The position numbers were made by a program, and so were the translations under genes. Of a stretch of 64,000 nt of DNA, positions 63,076 to 64,000 are shown in pieces. How positions within the stretch are numbered: position 1 is the stretch's first letter; every line of letters begins with the position of its first letter. Below the pieces are notes generated by a model. It searched no databases, was not told the DNA's origin, and saw only the letters and a list, made by a program, of their open reading frames with translations. The stretch is from Hydrolagus affinis (lineage: Eukaryota), in assembly GCA_012026655.1 (NCBI GenBank), contig JAAILG010001603.1:1-64000 (forward strand), given 5' to 3'.

Positions 63076-63379
63076 GTACAGCAACAAGAAGGCATTTGTA
63101 GAGCGCCTTTCACGTCAGCCTTTTTCAAGTGTAAATTGTTCAGGTGATGTGCTCGATTTTGATCGGGTTCTTACGCCGGGTCCAAAAATGAGATCAGATT
63201 TGATGCACCTATTTGAAGCGGATGAAGACGAACTGCGAATCAGATCATGAACAAGCGACAAGGACAACAACAAAGTGACACTTGTATAAGTGCCTTCACG
63301 TCAGAAGGCGCTGAAAGATGATCAATATATGGAGTGGGGGGGGGTGGAGGGGTGGGGTCAGTCGGTCACTCAAAGATAC

Positions 63380-63606
63380 CGACGTGTTGGGGCTGTAGCC
63401 TGCTGTTGTTGTTTGCTGGTTGAGCTCTGAGGGGAGGACGGAGGTGGTGACAGGCCAAAAGAAGGGCCCGTTACCCCTGGCAACAGCGAGACGGCCCTGG
63501 GGATGGCGCGCATGCGCGGTGTCCGGAATGCGAATAGGGTGCATCACGTGACGCGCCGCCCGCCTTCGCTTTGGTTGAGTGACACTTCAGGCGGCGAGAT
63601 GTGAGG
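63380..63606. promoter_or_regulatory. CpG-island promoter, possibly bidirectional
   Basis: CpG-dense; RFX X-box gttacccctggcaac 63470-63484; NRF1 palindrome cgcgcatgcgcg 63507-63518; ETS-like ccggaat; USF/TFEB E-box tcacgtgac 63544-63552; GC box ccgcccgcc; candidate donors on both strands (at|gtgagg at 63601 plus; cg|gtatct at 63379 minus). Confidence 0.75.
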
Positions 63607-64000
63607 AGAGTGTTTGTGTGTGTATATACATATATATATATATACAGTATCTATGAAAAAAAAGGAGGGAGGGGAGGAAAGGTCAGGAGAAAGTTTTATT
63701 TATTGAAATGTATTAGGTCATTCTCCAGTTTTCCAGGTTTTATTCGTGGGTTTCTATTTTTTTTCGTCGGTGTTGACTCTGTGTGTATATTTCTCTGTGT
63801 GTGTATGTGAGTGTATGTAAAACGGGGGGGGGGGGGTCCGCCACACATCTCCAAATGTGGAGATCATTACACATTTAAAAAAAAGCCATTTACAAACAAA
63901 ACATTCAGGTTTCGCACGGCTTACATAGCCAGCGAGTGACGTGGATGGACTTGACAGAATTAACCCAGGCCAAATCTCGGCGAAATATAAATTTTAAAGT

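Overview
Vertebrate nuclear DNA, almost all intronic or intergenic. The repeat complement points to a cartilaginous fish, probably a holocephalan such as the elephant shark; this is inferred from repeat families, not from a search. Repeats: dozens of copies or fragments of a tRNA-head/CORE-like/Deu-like/L2-tail SINE, 5'-truncated L2 LINEs, CR1 3' ends, older Deu-domain SINEs, Penelope-like terminal repeats, a TA-flanked Tc1/mariner-pogo MITE and hAT ends. The six-frame ORFs are almost all repeat- or chance-derived, and no gene could be named. A CpG-island promoter (RFX X-box, NRF1, USF/CLEAR E-box, GC box) lies at ~63.4-63.6 kb. A few splice-site-bounded open exons on the minus strand (61.2, 58.2, 55.1, 53.1 kb) and one on the plus strand (7.5 kb) are candidates only. 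Most noteworthy: a decayed hammerhead ribozyme in a Penelope-like repeat, an apparent excess and one tight cluster of perfect palindromes in unique enhancer-like DNA, recurrent SINE/L2 chimeras with shared junctions, compensatory covariation of the SINE and L2 tail stem-loops, and a possible recursive splice site. I cannot demonstrate a wholly new biological system from the sequence alone. Repeat boundaries are approximate (about +/-10-20 bp).
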